DNA of 31,324 bases. It comes from an uncultured bacterium (GTDB lineage Bacteria > Electryoneota > JAOADG01). Position 1 is the stretch's first letter. Each line of letters begins with the position of its first letter. Below the pieces are notes generated by a model that was not told the origin of the DNA, searched no databases, and was given only the letters and a program-made list of their open reading frames with translations. The position numbers and the translations under genes are program-made. Where the stretch lies: positions 1 to 31,324 of the forward strand of contig CAZPUW010000001.1 in the NCBI GenBank assembly GCA_964589795.1, given 5' to 3'. Below are positions 15,939-26,321 of this stretch, piece after piece.

Positions 15939-17095
15939 AACTCCTAAAACTGATATTTAAGAATTCGTTCCGACACAAGTTCCGGGCATTTTTAACCATT
16001 ATCGGTATTGCAGTAGCAGTTATCGCATTCGGTGTATTACGCACCGTGGTTACCGCGTGGTATTCAGGTGTCAATGCAACAGTACCCGACCGCCTCGTAG
16101 TGCGTCAAGCGGTGTCGTTTATTTTCCCGCTTCCATTTGCATATCGCGACAAAATTGCTTCGGTTCCCAGCGTAAAGAAAATTTGTTTTGCGAATTGGTT
16201 TGGCGGGACGTATATCGACAAGAAGAACTTCTTCGCTCGCATGGCGGTCGATCCCACGACGTTTTTTGATGTGTACCCCGAATTTGATGTTTCCAAAGGG
16301 GAGATGGATAACTTCCAGCATGAGCGAAATTCTTGTATTATCGGACGGGATATTGCCAAGTCGTTCAACTTAAAAGTCGGCGATATGATGACTCTCGATG
16401 GCGACATCTTTCCCGGTAAATGGGAATTTGTCATTCGCGGTATTTATCAACCCAAATTTAAAACAACCGACGCGACCCAGATGTTTTTCCGCTGGGATTA
16501 CCTGAACGAGCGGATGTTACAAGAGTCGCCCGGTCGTGCCAATGAAGTTGGGTGGTACGTCGTGAAGATCGACAACCCTAATAATTCTGCCGGAGCATCC
16601 GAGCAAATCGATGCCCTGTTTAAAAATTCCCCGGCGGAAACGAAAACGGAAACCGAGAATGCTTTTCAACAAGGGTTCATTTCTTCTTCCGGTGCCATTA
16701 TAAACGGTATGAATGTAATGTCGTTTACGATTGTCGCAATTATCATGCTGGTGCTTGCCAACACCATGATGATGTCGGCTCGCGAGCGAACGCGTGAATA
16801 CGCTATTCTCAAAACGATAGGGTTTTCCGTTTCACAGATAGCCGGCTTGATTATCGGTGAATCCTTGATTCTATCCGTGCTCGGCGGCGCCATAGGGTTG
16901 GCGCTTACTGTGCCGATAGTAAACGGAATTGCTACTTTTATTCCGAAAGGTATGTTTCCAGTATTTGAAGTGGAACCGGTAACGATTGTTTTTCTGATTA
17001 TCGCAGTTGCGATAGTTGGATTTGCATCCGCCATCTTCCCGGTTAGACGAGCCGCTATCACCAAAATCGTAGATGGTTTGCGGTACGTGGGATAA
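15935..17095 (+). CDS. ABC permease, MacB/FtsX-like (type VII), subunit 1
   Basis: TM1 ([13 protein letters not shown]), large periplasmic domain, [15 protein letters not shown] coupling motif, three C-terminal TMs; ATGA overlap with the ATPase gene. Confidence 0.9.
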   Translation: MKLLKLIFKNSFRHKFRAFLTIIGIAVAVIAFGVLRTVVTAWYSGVNATVPDRLVVRQAVSFIFPLPFAYRDKIASVPSVKKICFANWFGGTYIDKKNFFARMAVDPTTFFDVYPEFDVSKGEMDNFQHERNSCIIGRDIAKSFNLKVGDMMTLDGDIFPGKWEFVIRGIYQPKFKTTDATQMFFRWDYLNERMLQESPGRANEVGWYVVKIDNPNNSAGASEQIDALFKNSPAETKTETENAFQQGFISSSGAIINGMNVMSFTIVAIIMLVLANTMMMSARERTREYAILKTIGFSVSQIAGLIIGESLILSVLGGAIGLALTVPIVNGIATFIPKGMFPVFEVEPVTIVFLIIAVAIVGFASAIFPVRRAAITKIVDGLRYVG

Positions 17096-17129
17096 GAGAA
17101 TTTAGTCGAACAAAAGAAATGAGTGAGAG

Positions 17130-18299
17130 ATGAGTATTCCCTTCATTTATTCGAGAAAAAATCTACAAATGCGCAGAATGACTGCATTGTTTACCATTAT
17201 TGGAATCGCTTTAGTAGTGTTTGTATTCACTGCGGTACTAATGATGGCGCATGGAGTGGAAAAAACAATGACAGCGACCGGTTCGAAAGAAAATGTTATC
17301 GTTGTCCGGAAAGGGTCCAACAATGAGATATCGAGTATCGTGACCGGTGACGCCCAAAATATTATCCGCACCCTTCCGGGTGTCGCACATAATGTCGATG
17401 GCAGCCCGATTATTTCCAGTGAGCCGGTCGTCGTTATCAATTTAAGCTATGCAAGTGGCGGTATGAGTAATGTGACGGTTCGCGGAGTTTCACCCGGCAG
17501 CGAAAAACTGCGCCCGCAATTGCATATCATCGAAGGGAGAATGTTTAATCCTTCGTTGCGTGAGCTAATCGTCGGTGAACCGATTTCCAAAAAATTTAAT
17601 GGTGCGCAAATCGGTAGCACTATTAAATTCGCAAATAATGAATGGAAAATTGTCGGGATATTTACCTCAAATGGTGGTGGCTTCGAATCGGAGATACACG
17701 GCAACTCTACTCAACTTCAAGATGCGTTTAATCGGGGAAACAGCGCCTCTTCCGTAACTCTAAAATTAGAGCATCCCGAAGACTACGACAAATTCAAGCA
17801 ACTATTTCAAACCGATATTCGGCTTCAGCAATTCGAACCGGAAATTGAACAAACCTATTATTCGAAGCAATCGGAAATGCTTGCCGGATTCATTAAAATC
17901 ATTGGAATTTTTATTACAGTGATTTTCAGTATCGGTGCAACGGTCGGTGCCATGATAACGATGTATGGCGCAGTCGCGAATCGTACTATCGAGATTGGCA
18001 CCATGCGCGCTTTAGGGTTCAATCGACGCAGCATCTTAACTGTATTTCTTGCCGAATCTATTCTAATCGCCTTCACCGGTGCTGTCATCGGAATACTGAT
18101 TGCGTCGGTGCTGCAGTTCTTTAAGATATCTACGTTAAATTACTCTTCGTTTTCCGAAATTGCTTTTTCCTTTGCATTGTCGCCATCCATCATCATCTCA
18201 TCTTTGATTTTTGGCGTTGCGATGGGTTTCCTCGGTGGATTTCTTCCTTCAGCCCGTGCGGCAAGAATGAACATTGTAACCGCATTACGCTCGGCTTGA
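17130..18299 (+). CDS. ABC permease, MacB/FtsX-like (type VII), subunit 2
   Basis: TM1 (LFTIIGIALVVFVF), periplasmic domain, NRTIEIGTMRALGF motif, GGFLPSARAARMNIVTALR C-terminus. Confidence 0.9.
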   Translation: MSIPFIYSRKNLQMRRMTALFTIIGIALVVFVFTAVLMMAHGVEKTMTATGSKENVIVVRKGSNNEISSIVTGDAQNIIRTLPGVAHNVDGSPIISSEPVVVINLSYASGGMSNVTVRGVSPGSEKLRPQLHIIEGRMFNPSLRELIVGEPISKKFNGAQIGSTIKFANNEWKIVGIFTSNGGGFESEIHGNSTQLQDAFNRGNSASSVTLKLEHPEDYDKFKQLFQTDIRLQQFEPEIEQTYYSKQSEMLAGFIKIIGIFITVIFSIGATVGAMITMYGAVANRTIEIGTMRALGFNRRSILTVFLAESILIAFTGAVIGILIASVLQFFKISTLNYSSFSEIAFSFALSPSIIISSLIFGVAMGFLGGFLPSARAARMNIVTALRSA

Positions 18300-18310
18300 T
18301 TGTTTCTATA

Positions 18311-18342
18311 ATAAAAAGGGAGGAGCTCCTCCTCCCTTTTAT
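18311..18342. terminator. bidirectional intrinsic terminator between the convergent ABC operon and the 2531-aa gene
   Basis: 12-bp perfect stem AAAAGGGAGGAG-CTC-CTCCTCCCTTTT (18314-18340) with A/T tracts on both sides. Confidence 0.88.
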
Positions 18343-18358
18343 GTAATTTCAAGCATAT

Positions 18359-21300
18359 TTACTTTAGTAAAACCATTTTTCGCGTCGCCATATATTTTCC
18401 GGCTTCAATTCGATAAAAATACACCCCGGTAGCCCACTTAGCCGCATCAAGCACAATGGTGTGCCGTCCTGCGCTTACTGTTTCGTTTGCAAGCACATTT
18501 ATTACCTTTCTACCCGTCGCATCGAATACTTCGAAAGTTACTCTACTCGATAACGGTAACGTGAATGAAATCTGCGTCACCGGATTGAAGGGGTTCGGAT
18601 AGTTCGAGGACAGCTCAAATTGTCGGGGACTGTTTTCGTTCGGACTGCTTACGGTTAGCAGTATAAAATTACCCTCGTCGCATCCGATATCAGGGTGCAA
18701 TGAATCCCGCAGATCGCCATCGAAATCTTTTACCACGTATGGTAAATGCAACCCGGCGCTTTCGACTAAAGTTGGTTGCGATGGATCGATATGTAAATCG
18801 GAAGAATTTAAAAATACCGGCATGTAATTAATCGAGTGCGAATCCCACAAATAACCCGGTATTTGCCGTAAATCCGAAATCAGGTTATATCCGTTCGTTC
18901 CGAAATGCGCCACATAACGGTTATCGAGCGTGGTATCGTTTGCGTTCGACATCGCATTATAATCGCAATAATTGAAAAGTGTATTGGAGTACGCATGTGG
19001 AGTTGCAATACAGGCGTTGTAATAAGATGCGTTTAATCCGCTGCCGCGTTCATTGATAAAAATATTATTCGCAATCGTATCCTGCGAAATATCGCTCGAA
19101 AGAAAAAGCGCTGCGGAACTCACATCCGTAAAGCCAGCGGATCCGGCAATGTGGATGGTGTTGTTGACAATATTCGCCGGGTCTGCACCCGCGAATATTC
19201 CGTAAACAGTACCGCTTCTCGTTGGTGCGAGATCGATCATATTATTCGTAACGAGAGTCCCTATACCATGATTTAAATAAATACCGTAAGCGAAGCCGGA
19301 ATTGGCCACCAATCCATGAATCCAGTTACCATCGAAGATATTAGAAATATTAACTGTTGTCGAGCTAAAAATACCGTACACCGAAGACCTACCGGTACTG
19401 CCCGCTATTTCATTATGTAGGAACAGTGAATTGGAAACACTATATATAAAGACGCCCATATAGGTGTAATTGGATATAACATTGTTGGCTACATACAAAT
19501 TCTGAAATCCCGTGGAGTTACCATAGAAATACATACCATAATATCCGCCGGTGATGCTGCAGTTGATGATGGAATCGTTGTTGCAAGCCGCATCAGGTAT
19601 TTGTTCTACGTTATTACCAACTCGCACCGCCATAAAAGAACTTGTTAGGTTACTACCTGCCCCAATAACACAATTTTTCACGCAGCAATTCGAAGCGCCA
19701 TTCGCGAACCAGAGCCCGGTATAGCCATTCAATCCGCTTGCAAATACCGAGATAAATTTTCTTCCGGCATAATCCGGGATTCCACCATCGATAGTAACGT
19801 TATTCACATTGAAAAGCTTTAAGCCATACTGCGCAGTTTCGCTACAAGATAAATTTATCGTGACTCCCAACGTATCCGCCGGTTTGAAGGCGATTGGAGT
19901 CAAAGGGGAAGACAATGATGATGGTAAAATTGAGTCGGGCAATTCGTTATAAGTACCGCCGCGAATAAGAAAAGTTACTCCACCTGTACCTGTTCCGATT
20001 AAATTAACAGCGTCGATTGCGGCACGAATTGTTGGGTAATCGGGATGACTACCCCCGATATATTTTATTCCGGTTAATCCGGTAATTGTACTGAACGAAT
20101 CAACCGCTCCATAAGCAGTAGGGATATTTGCGCCGTTTCTCGCAACGATTTGAACTGTATACAGGGTATTGGAGTGCAGGTTATGAAATCGCGTCGGGTC
20201 ACCCCATTGTACCGCTGTTCGCCAAAATATTCCGGTATCAGGACAACCGTTCGCTTGCAAGTAAAGTCCTATATTCGTCAAACGAATCGCGTATTCGGTG
20301 CTTACCGAATTACCGTTTCGTACTGATGCTCCGAAATTCATCGAAATCCCATTCGGGGTTGCGGAATAAAATGTGGGCATACCCGGTGTACACGCTAACG
20401 TATAACCGGTTCCTTCGGCATATTGCATCGAAGGGTAATTCTCATTATAAGAGTATATTCGGTACCAATATTTTTTATTCGGTTGCAAACCGGTATTTGT
20501 ATAATCCAAAACATTCGAACCCACCGAATCTCGGATCGTGAAATTTGCGCCATCGGTAGAGCTGTAAACATAGAATCCGCGCTCGGAACCTCCAGTAGTA
20601 CTGGTCCAATGTAAATGCAGGGAATTTATTGTGGCGTCTGCGGCAGAATCGATTACACAATTCGTCGGCGCTAATGGCGCAGGGCCCATACCGGTTGTAA
20701 ATGACCAAATTGGACTGGAATTAGACTCGCTTTGCGGCAAATCTTTAATTGCGACTACTCGCCAGAAATATGTCGTATTCGGTGACATAGTCGGGGCAAA
20801 ATCGAGACCGGTTTGGCGGTAAGAAACGCGAGTCGGAGGTGGGTTCACCGTTCCAAAATAAACATTATAACCGATTGCTAATGACGCTTGATGCCATCCG
20901 ATTAAAGAATTCGTGGGAATGTTAACGGCACCATTAGGTGGTGAGGGATTGGATGGTTTTCCCAAACTATAAAACAATATGGCCGTACCCGTTGCAGGTA
21001 TGTGACTCCATGAATTGCAGTAGGCGAAATTGTAATCGTTACCGTTGCTCGTTTGAAGGCCAATATTCCCCGGATAACTTTGTTGGGGATAACCGACATA
21101 ATCTTGATACTGAAGCATTATCTCACTTTGTTCATTGAGAATAATCTGACAAGAAATCGTTGGTGTTGAATATGTACCGCATGTATGATAAGTATCCAGA
21201 TTAATAACCATCTGGTTGAGTTCGCCCGAAATATTTTGACAGCGCACACTTGTCCCACCTATACTGCCGTCGCATCCCCAGAAGAAAATCCCTGCTGGAC

Positions 21301-24300
21301 AGCCGAGTTCAGGCCAGCTACCGAATATCGGTCGTTGTGACGAACCTTGCCCAAAAGAAATGTATCCGTTTGTACTGATGTAGAATTGAGTATATACGGT
21401 TCCGTAGAATTGAAAATCAAATCCAATATCGATTGGCCCGTAGTATCCGTCATCGGGAGTTCCAAAAGTTGGGTAGTTCATATTCGATCCGGTATTTGCT
21501 AACCACTTGAATGCCGGTCCGTCCGGGGCATTAGACGTGATATAACGGTAGCCGAACGAGTCCGGCCCTCCTGTATCTGGATTATTCGTAGTGATATGTG
21601 TCGGTGGACTTGCTTCACCGGAAATACCCGCTCCATTTATTGGAATCGCCGCAAAACAATAATCAGTCCCGCTTACTAACCCTGAAACAAGTATTGATCG
21701 CCAATCTGATTTCGTTCCAAGCATCGTATCCAGTGTGGCCAATCTACCGGATTGATCGATCCAAGTATAACTTACCGTATCAAAAATCATATAACGCATA
21801 CTTGAACTATTCGAGTCGGCTGAGATGGAATCTATTAGAAGGGTAGTGTATCCGTCACCTGATAGATGCAATTGAGGTGACCCCGCACGCGCGGGCAAAG
21901 TCCACACTGACCCGGATGCGTATGTTATCGAAGCGCTGTAATTATTATAAGAGTAGATTCGATACCAATATTGTGTTCCCGGCTGTACGCAGGAATCGAT
22001 ATAACTGGTAGTATTAGGTGGAAGATTCGCTACCTGTGTATAACCTGCACTCCCATTGGTAAATTGGGTAATCGAAAAACTCGTTTCATCGGTTGAATGA
22101 TCGAGCCAATTCACCGTGATCCTATGACTGGTAACATTTGTAAAGCATACATTCGATGGCGCTGCTGGCGCCGGACCGCTACCGGTGGTAAACGCCCAGA
22201 TCGGCCCGGTATTAGAAACCGTGTCCATCGTATCTAACCGTGCAGTTACTCTCCAGTAATAAGTAGTATTTGCAGATAGAGTGGGGACATACAACTGCAT
22301 TCGTTGGTGTAAAGATACAATTGGAGGTTCGGTAGTGGAACCAAACCGGATATCGTAATACATCGCACCCGGCGCCGCTCTCCACGATAACGTCGTATTC
22401 GTTGGTACATTGGTTGCTAAATTTTCCGGGTATGGGTTCGAAGCTTGCCCAATATAAAGTCCCGACATCGTGGTGGTGAATAAAATAGCGCGGTTTACAT
22501 TGGAACCATAAGCTATCGGGGATGCGCCACCGTCGAATGAACCACCGGCAGCATACTCAAGCGATCTTACACAATTCGAATCTTGAATCCCAATTGTTAC
22601 ATAACCAATTTCATTGATAGCAATTCCCGGATGTAAATCCTTGTATTGGAATTTCAATTGGCTATCACCGGTAGGCGTTGTATAGCGCTGGGGATCGTAA
22701 ATTAAAAGTTGGTATTTATTGGTTGACGCGGCGGTTGATTGCCATACCCCTTTCCACGTTATAACGTACCAACCATTCGTTTGGTCATAATAACCAAATA
22801 CTCCTTGTGGGTAATTGTTCAATGTGAGATCTTGCCACCCCACGGCAACCATATTGCGAGGGCCTTCGTTGGAGGGGAACCGCCACACCCGCGCGGTATG
22901 AATCAAATGTGATTCGTGTACTGGAGGAGTTCCCGTATAGTCTTCGACTCTGGCGGCTCCAAATGAAATCCAGCCATTCGTACAAACCGTAATGGTGTCA
23001 TAGTCCGCACCATAATAGCGGACAGTAAATGGTAGCCGAATCAACATTGATGCATCGCCACCCATCGAAAAATCATTCAATTCGAGACGGTTCGACGATG
23101 TTTCTATATTTTGCCAATCGAACGTTGGATGAAGAGTATAAACCGTATCTGAATCATCGATAGCACTATAACCATAAGTGTCTGGTCCAACTGGATCAAA
23201 TCTCGTTCGTGTTCCAATTGGCACATTTATATATACTGTATCCTGTATCGCATTATCGCCAAAAGCAACGCCCACCTCTCCAACTGAACCGGGGACGGTA
23301 TGTAAATTGGTGGAAATCGTGAACGGTTGATTTATCGGGTTCGACGAGCTTTGACCAATCGGTAGTCCGCCAAAGGTTATATCTGAATTGTTTACTGTAA
23401 TGTTCGAAGATAACGGGAATAAGTGCGCATTTGTCGCACCGGTGGAAATACTGCCGTTGTTTTGTACTGTGATATAAATCGAACCACTACCACCCGGTAT
23501 TATCGGCGAAGGGCTAAACATCGATGAAACCAACGACAGATGAATTGAGTGAACTGGTAAAACAACCGCAAGCGAACGGTTCAAAGCCGAATCGCCCGTA
23601 GTAATATTCAATTGCAATAGAACAGTTTCTTCTTTCAGTCCTTCTAACAATTGTAAACGGTATATACCACTACCGTATGAACTTTCACCGGGTGCAATAT
23701 TCGTATAAGTTTGTGTAGAATTTGAAACGACAATTCGCGAATCAGTTGAGAGAAGTGTAGCGCTGATGCCGGTGACTGTGTCTCGAGTTCCAAGATTTCT
23801 AAGTTGTATGTTTACATCTACCGTTTCACCCGGACTTGCCAAGCTATCGTTATTTCCGTAACGCCCACTTCCATTGTTATCGAGAATATTGTACCCGGTA
23901 ATCCCTACATCTGCATACATATTTGCAACCGAAACCGTATCTAACAATGGCAGTATGTTCTGTCCGACTTTAGCGCCAACGACTGTTACATACAAATTTC
24001 CGGTTGTACTATTTGTCAGAGGTAATACCACATGCCCGTTATTGTCGGTAGTTGTCCGAACATAAGTCTCATAACCGTCACCACTTGGATTTGACTTTAC
24101 CGCTGTCACCAGTGCACCGGAAATCGGTTCGGGGTTGTCGTAGCCGTTTACAGTGAATTCTAAACGATTTTGACCGAAAGCAATTTGGTGGGGAACGGTT
24201 GCGGCAACACGATGAGGAACCCCCGTCCACAACTTGGCAGAAATATCACCCATCGGATTGTTCCAGTAAATAAACTGGTTCATCGAGCCGAGATAATTTC

Positions 24301-25954
24301 GCCATACTTGATATTTTCCCTCAAAAAACATCTCGCCGGGATGCATCGCGTTTTTAGCGCCTAGTGCATAAAATGAACCGGTCAAAATACAGCAATTCGG
24401 TGCTGAATGCGTACTTGATGTTTCAGTAGCCATCGAGGCAATAGCCCCTGCCGGTTGGGTTGGGGTACCATTCAACACCAACTGCTTTTGTGTTCCAACG
24501 GTACTATCACCCGGATACCAATGACCCGATCCGCAGGTAACGTGTATCGAAACAAAACATTTGTTGATGTTTGTAGTCACACCCGTAACATACGTTCCAT
24601 CGATATTTCCCACACCGTTCGGACGATGTGCCCAAAAAAGCAAACCCGGATTGCATCGCGAATTAATGACATTGGTGACGGCATTTCCCGAATGTTCGTC
24701 ATAGTAAATTCCTGACCACGGTACTCCCCGGCTGTTCATTTCTGTCATGCAGAACCAAACCGCGTCACGGTTGAACGGATATGATGTTCCAGAATATCCC
24801 CACCCCTTTTGGAACCAAGTTGTATCCATCATATTGGGGTTACGCTCGTAATTGATTGACCGGTTAACCATCGTTAATAATTGTTGAATATTACTTGCCG
24901 GCCACCGGCTGATATAAGCATCGGCTATAACATCGTTACCTGCGAGTTGCACATACGTATGATCGGTATAGCTATTTGTCATATAGGTAGGTAATGAGTA
25001 AGATCCGGTTGTTCCACCGTCACCAACCAGCATAATCATTTCCAGCGGTGGAACATTATTGGCGTATGCAGAGTTGATGATATTTTGCAGTTGTGTTGCG
25101 GCTGTCGCGGTTGTCGTAATCAACGTGGTTGGTCGTCCGCTGCGGTTACGCCATTCGATGTAAGGTCGAAGCGCATTGGTTACCTCCGAGTCGGGACGGC
25201 AAATAACCAACATTGAACCCGGCGATGCTTCCGCATTTATTTCCGCCAATTCATCCGCACCAAGAATGTCTTGATAGAACTGCACAAAACCGGGAGCAGG
25301 ATGCTGTCGCGTTGAATACAATTCATTTACACCAGTACCACCGATGGATTCGGTTTCCAATTCTATCGAAGTATAAACCCTGACTTTATGCGTTACCGGA
25401 TTTACTTGTACCGGCTGTACGCCAAGAAGCGCTATTCGAGCATCGCGAAGAATTACCGGCTCGTGGATTTCAGCAATATTTCCCGGATACCAACCATCTC
25501 TTGAATATGCCACTGTGTCGCATGCGTATGGCTCGGCGATAAAGTCAGTCTCTCCATCTTTAACAATCGGTTGTTGAGGAAGTATATCGATGTTGGAATA
25601 TTCTTTGAACTCAGAGCTAACAACTTTTAGTCGGATGTTGCCCGTATTGGGTAACAAAACCGGACGGGAAATTACAGGTACTGAGGGCATACCTGTTTCC
25701 CAACGTCGCGTCTCACCTTCGATATGCGCAAAAGTCCAGTTGCGATTCCCGGCGGTTACTTGCTCGAATTTTACGTCCGGTGCTCGGAAAGTTAGATGCA
25801 AACCATTATTAGAAATATGCTGGACGGTTATCTGTACTGAATTTGGGGCGGGGATACCAATGTTTAAATCGTCGTTTGGTGTCCACGGTCGAGCGATAAC
25901 TGTTGTTAGAAGAGAAAAGAAAATTGGAAAAGACAGATAGCGGATGGGTCTCAT
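18359..25954 (-). CDS. 2531-aa gingipain-like (peptidase C25) multidomain T9SS cargo: signal peptide, C25 propeptide, C25 domain, Ig-like domains, two [NIDO-like/Ig/FN3] blocks, beta-helix region, T9SS type A tail
   Basis: GGAGG RBS; propeptide motifs 'GMPSVPVISRPVLLP', 'GWYPGNIAEI...ILRDARI...PVQVNP'; C25 motifs 'MLVGDGG', 'DHTYVQLAGND...ISRWPA', 'INYERNP', 'VTCGSG'; tail 'LSSNYPNPFNP...GVYFYRIEAG...RKMVLLK'. Confidence 0.88.
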   Translation of the reverse strand: MRPIRYLSFPIFFSLLTTVIARPWTPNDDLNIGIPAPNSVQITVQHISNNGLHLTFRAPDVKFEQVTAGNRNWTFAHIEGETRRWETGMPSVPVISRPVLLPNTGNIRLKVVSSEFKEYSNIDILPQQPIVKDGETDFIAEPYACDTVAYSRDGWYPGNIAEIHEPVILRDARIALLGVQPVQVNPVTHKVRVYTSIELETESIGGTGVNELYSTRQHPAPGFVQFYQDILGADELAEINAEASPGSMLVICRPDSEVTNALRPYIEWRNRSGRPTTLITTTATAATQLQNIINSAYANNVPPLEMIMLVGDGGTTGSYSLPTYMTNSYTDHTYVQLAGNDVIADAYISRWPASNIQQLLTMVNRSINYERNPNMMDTTWFQKGWGYSGTSYPFNRDAVWFCMTEMNSRGVPWSGIYYDEHSGNAVTNVINSRCNPGLLFWAHRPNGVGNIDGTYVTGVTTNINKCFVSIHVTCGSGHWYPGDSTVGTQKQLVLNGTPTQPAGAIASMATETSSTHSAPNCCILTGSFYALGAKNAMHPGEMFFEGKYQVWRNYLGSMNQFIYWNNPMGDISAKLWTGVPHRVAATVPHQIAFGQNRLEFTVNGYDNPEPISGALVTAVKSNPSGDGYETYVRTTTDNNGHVVLPLTNSTTGNLYVTVVGAKVGQNILPLLDTVSVANMYADVGITGYNILDNNGSGRYGNNDSLASPGETVDVNIQLRNLGTRDTVTGISATLLSTDSRIVVSNSTQTYTNIAPGESSYGSGIYRLQLLEGLKEETVLLQLNITTGDSALNRSLAVVLPVHSIHLSLVSSMFSPSPIIPGGSGSIYITVQNNGSISTGATNAHLFPLSSNITVNNSDITFGGLPIGQSSSNPINQPFTISTNLHTVPGSVGEVGVAFGDNAIQDTVYINVPIGTRTRFDPVGPDTYGYSAIDDSDTVYTLHPTFDWQNIETSSNRLELNDFSMGGDASMLIRLPFTVRYYGADYDTITVCTNGWISFGAARVEDYTGTPPVHESHLIHTARVWRFPSNEGPRNMVAVGWQDLTLNNYPQGVFGYYDQTNGWYVITWKGVWQSTAASTNKYQLLIYDPQRYTTPTGDSQLKFQYKDLHPGIAINEIGYVTIGIQDSNCVRSLEYAAGGSFDGGASPIAYGSNVNRAILFTTTMSGLYIGQASNPYPENLATNVPTNTTLSWRAAPGAMYYDIRFGSTTEPPIVSLHQRMQLYVPTLSANTTYYWRVTARLDTMDTVSNTGPIWAFTTGSGPAPAAPSNVCFTNVTSHRITVNWLDHSTDETSFSITQFTNGSAGYTQVANLPPNTTSYIDSCVQPGTQYWYRIYSYNNYSASITYASGSVWTLPARAGSPQLHLSGDGYTTLLIDSISADSNSSSMRYMIFDTVSYTWIDQSGRLATLDTMLGTKSDWRSILVSGLVSGTDYCFAAIPINGAGISGEASPPTHITTNNPDTGGPDSFGYRYITSNAPDGPAFKWLANTGSNMNYPTFGTPDDGYYGPIDIGFDFQFYGTVYTQFYISTNGYISFGQGSSQRPIFGSWPELGCPAGIFFWGCDGSIGGTSVRCQNISGELNQMVINLDTYHTCGTYSTPTISCQIILNEQSEIMLQYQDYVGYPQQSYPGNIGLQTSNGNDYNFAYCNSWSHIPATGTAILFYSLGKPSNPSPPNGAVNIPTNSLIGWHQASLAIGYNVYFGTVNPPPTRVSYRQTGLDFAPTMSPNTTYFWRVVAIKDLPQSESNSSPIWSFTTGMGPAPLAPTNCVIDSAADATINSLHLHWTSTTGGSERGFYVYSSTDGANFTIRDSVGSNVLDYTNTGLQPNKKYWYRIYSYNENYPSMQYAEGTGYTLACTPGMPTFYSATPNGISMNFGASVRNGNSVSTEYAIRLTNIGLYLQANGCPDTGIFWRTAVQWGDPTRFHNLHSNTLYTVQIVARNGANIPTAYGAVDSFSTITGLTGIKYIGGSHPDYPTIRAAIDAVNLIGTGTGGVTFLIRGGTYNELPDSILPSSLSSPLTPIAFKPADTLGVTINLSCSETAQYGLKLFNVNNVTIDGGIPDYAGRKFISVFASGLNGYTGLWFANGASNCCVKNCVIGAGSNLTSSFMAVRVGNNVEQIPDAACNNDSIINCSITGGYYGMYFYGNSTGFQNLYVANNVISNYTYMGVFIYSVSNSLFLHNEIAGSTGRSSVYGIFSSTTVNISNIFDGNWIHGLVANSGFAYGIYLNHGIGTLVTNNMIDLAPTRSGTVYGIFAGADPANIVNNTIHIAGSAGFTDVSSAALFLSSDISQDTIANNIFINERGSGLNASYYNACIATPHAYSNTLFNYCDYNAMSNANDTTLDNRYVAHFGTNGYNLISDLRQIPGYLWDSHSINYMPVFLNSSDLHIDPSQPTLVESAGLHLPYVVKDFDGDLRDSLHPDIGCDEGNFILLTVSSPNENSPRQFELSSNYPNPFNPVTQISFTLPLSSRVTFEVFDATGRKVINVLANETVSAGRHTIVLDAAKWATGVYFYRIEAGKYMATRKMVLLK

Positions 25955-26174
25955 GACATCCTCCCGAACGGTTCGATGTTAGAACAACTAAAGTAGGGAA
26001 GACTAAATTGTACGAGCGGTAAAGATGAGAATAAAGAAAGCGAATTTTTAACAAACGATGATATTTTTTACCATCGGAAATATAGTAGTGCAGAGAGTTA
26101 ACCAATTTTGCAAACATTCAATTCTCAGTAGTAATTGTGTCGACGTAATTGAGGTAATGCAAACTTTCTAACTT

Positions 26175-26202
26175 ATTTTACTAACATATTCCAAACTTTC
26201 AA
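26175..26202 (-). promoter_or_regulatory. candidate sigma70 promoter TTGAAA-N16-TAAAAT for the 2531-aa gene
   Basis: Plus strand tttcaa 26197-26202 and atttta 26175-26180. A second candidate, TTGACG-N17-TACAAA, lies at 26246-26218. Confidence 0.4.
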
Positions 26203-26321
26203 ACCTGAAAATGGTTTTTTGTAAAATTTCTGGTAGTCAGCGTCAAGAAGATAAAATCTGTCGAGAGGTAAGAAAACACTAAACTTAGAATAATTCCTAC
26301 TGCTAAGAAGTAGATACAATT

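Noticed and set aside
18359-25954. Calling the C25 protein PorU (T9SS sortase)
   Set aside because: The architecture (propeptide, C25, long adhesin stalk) fits a cargo gingipain-like protein; no porV or other T9SS machinery genes are adjacent.
25809-26117. 102-aa minus-strand ORF overlapping the start of the 2531-aa gene
   Set aside because: It overlaps the RBS and signal-peptide region of the real gene in another frame; low-information AT-rich translation.
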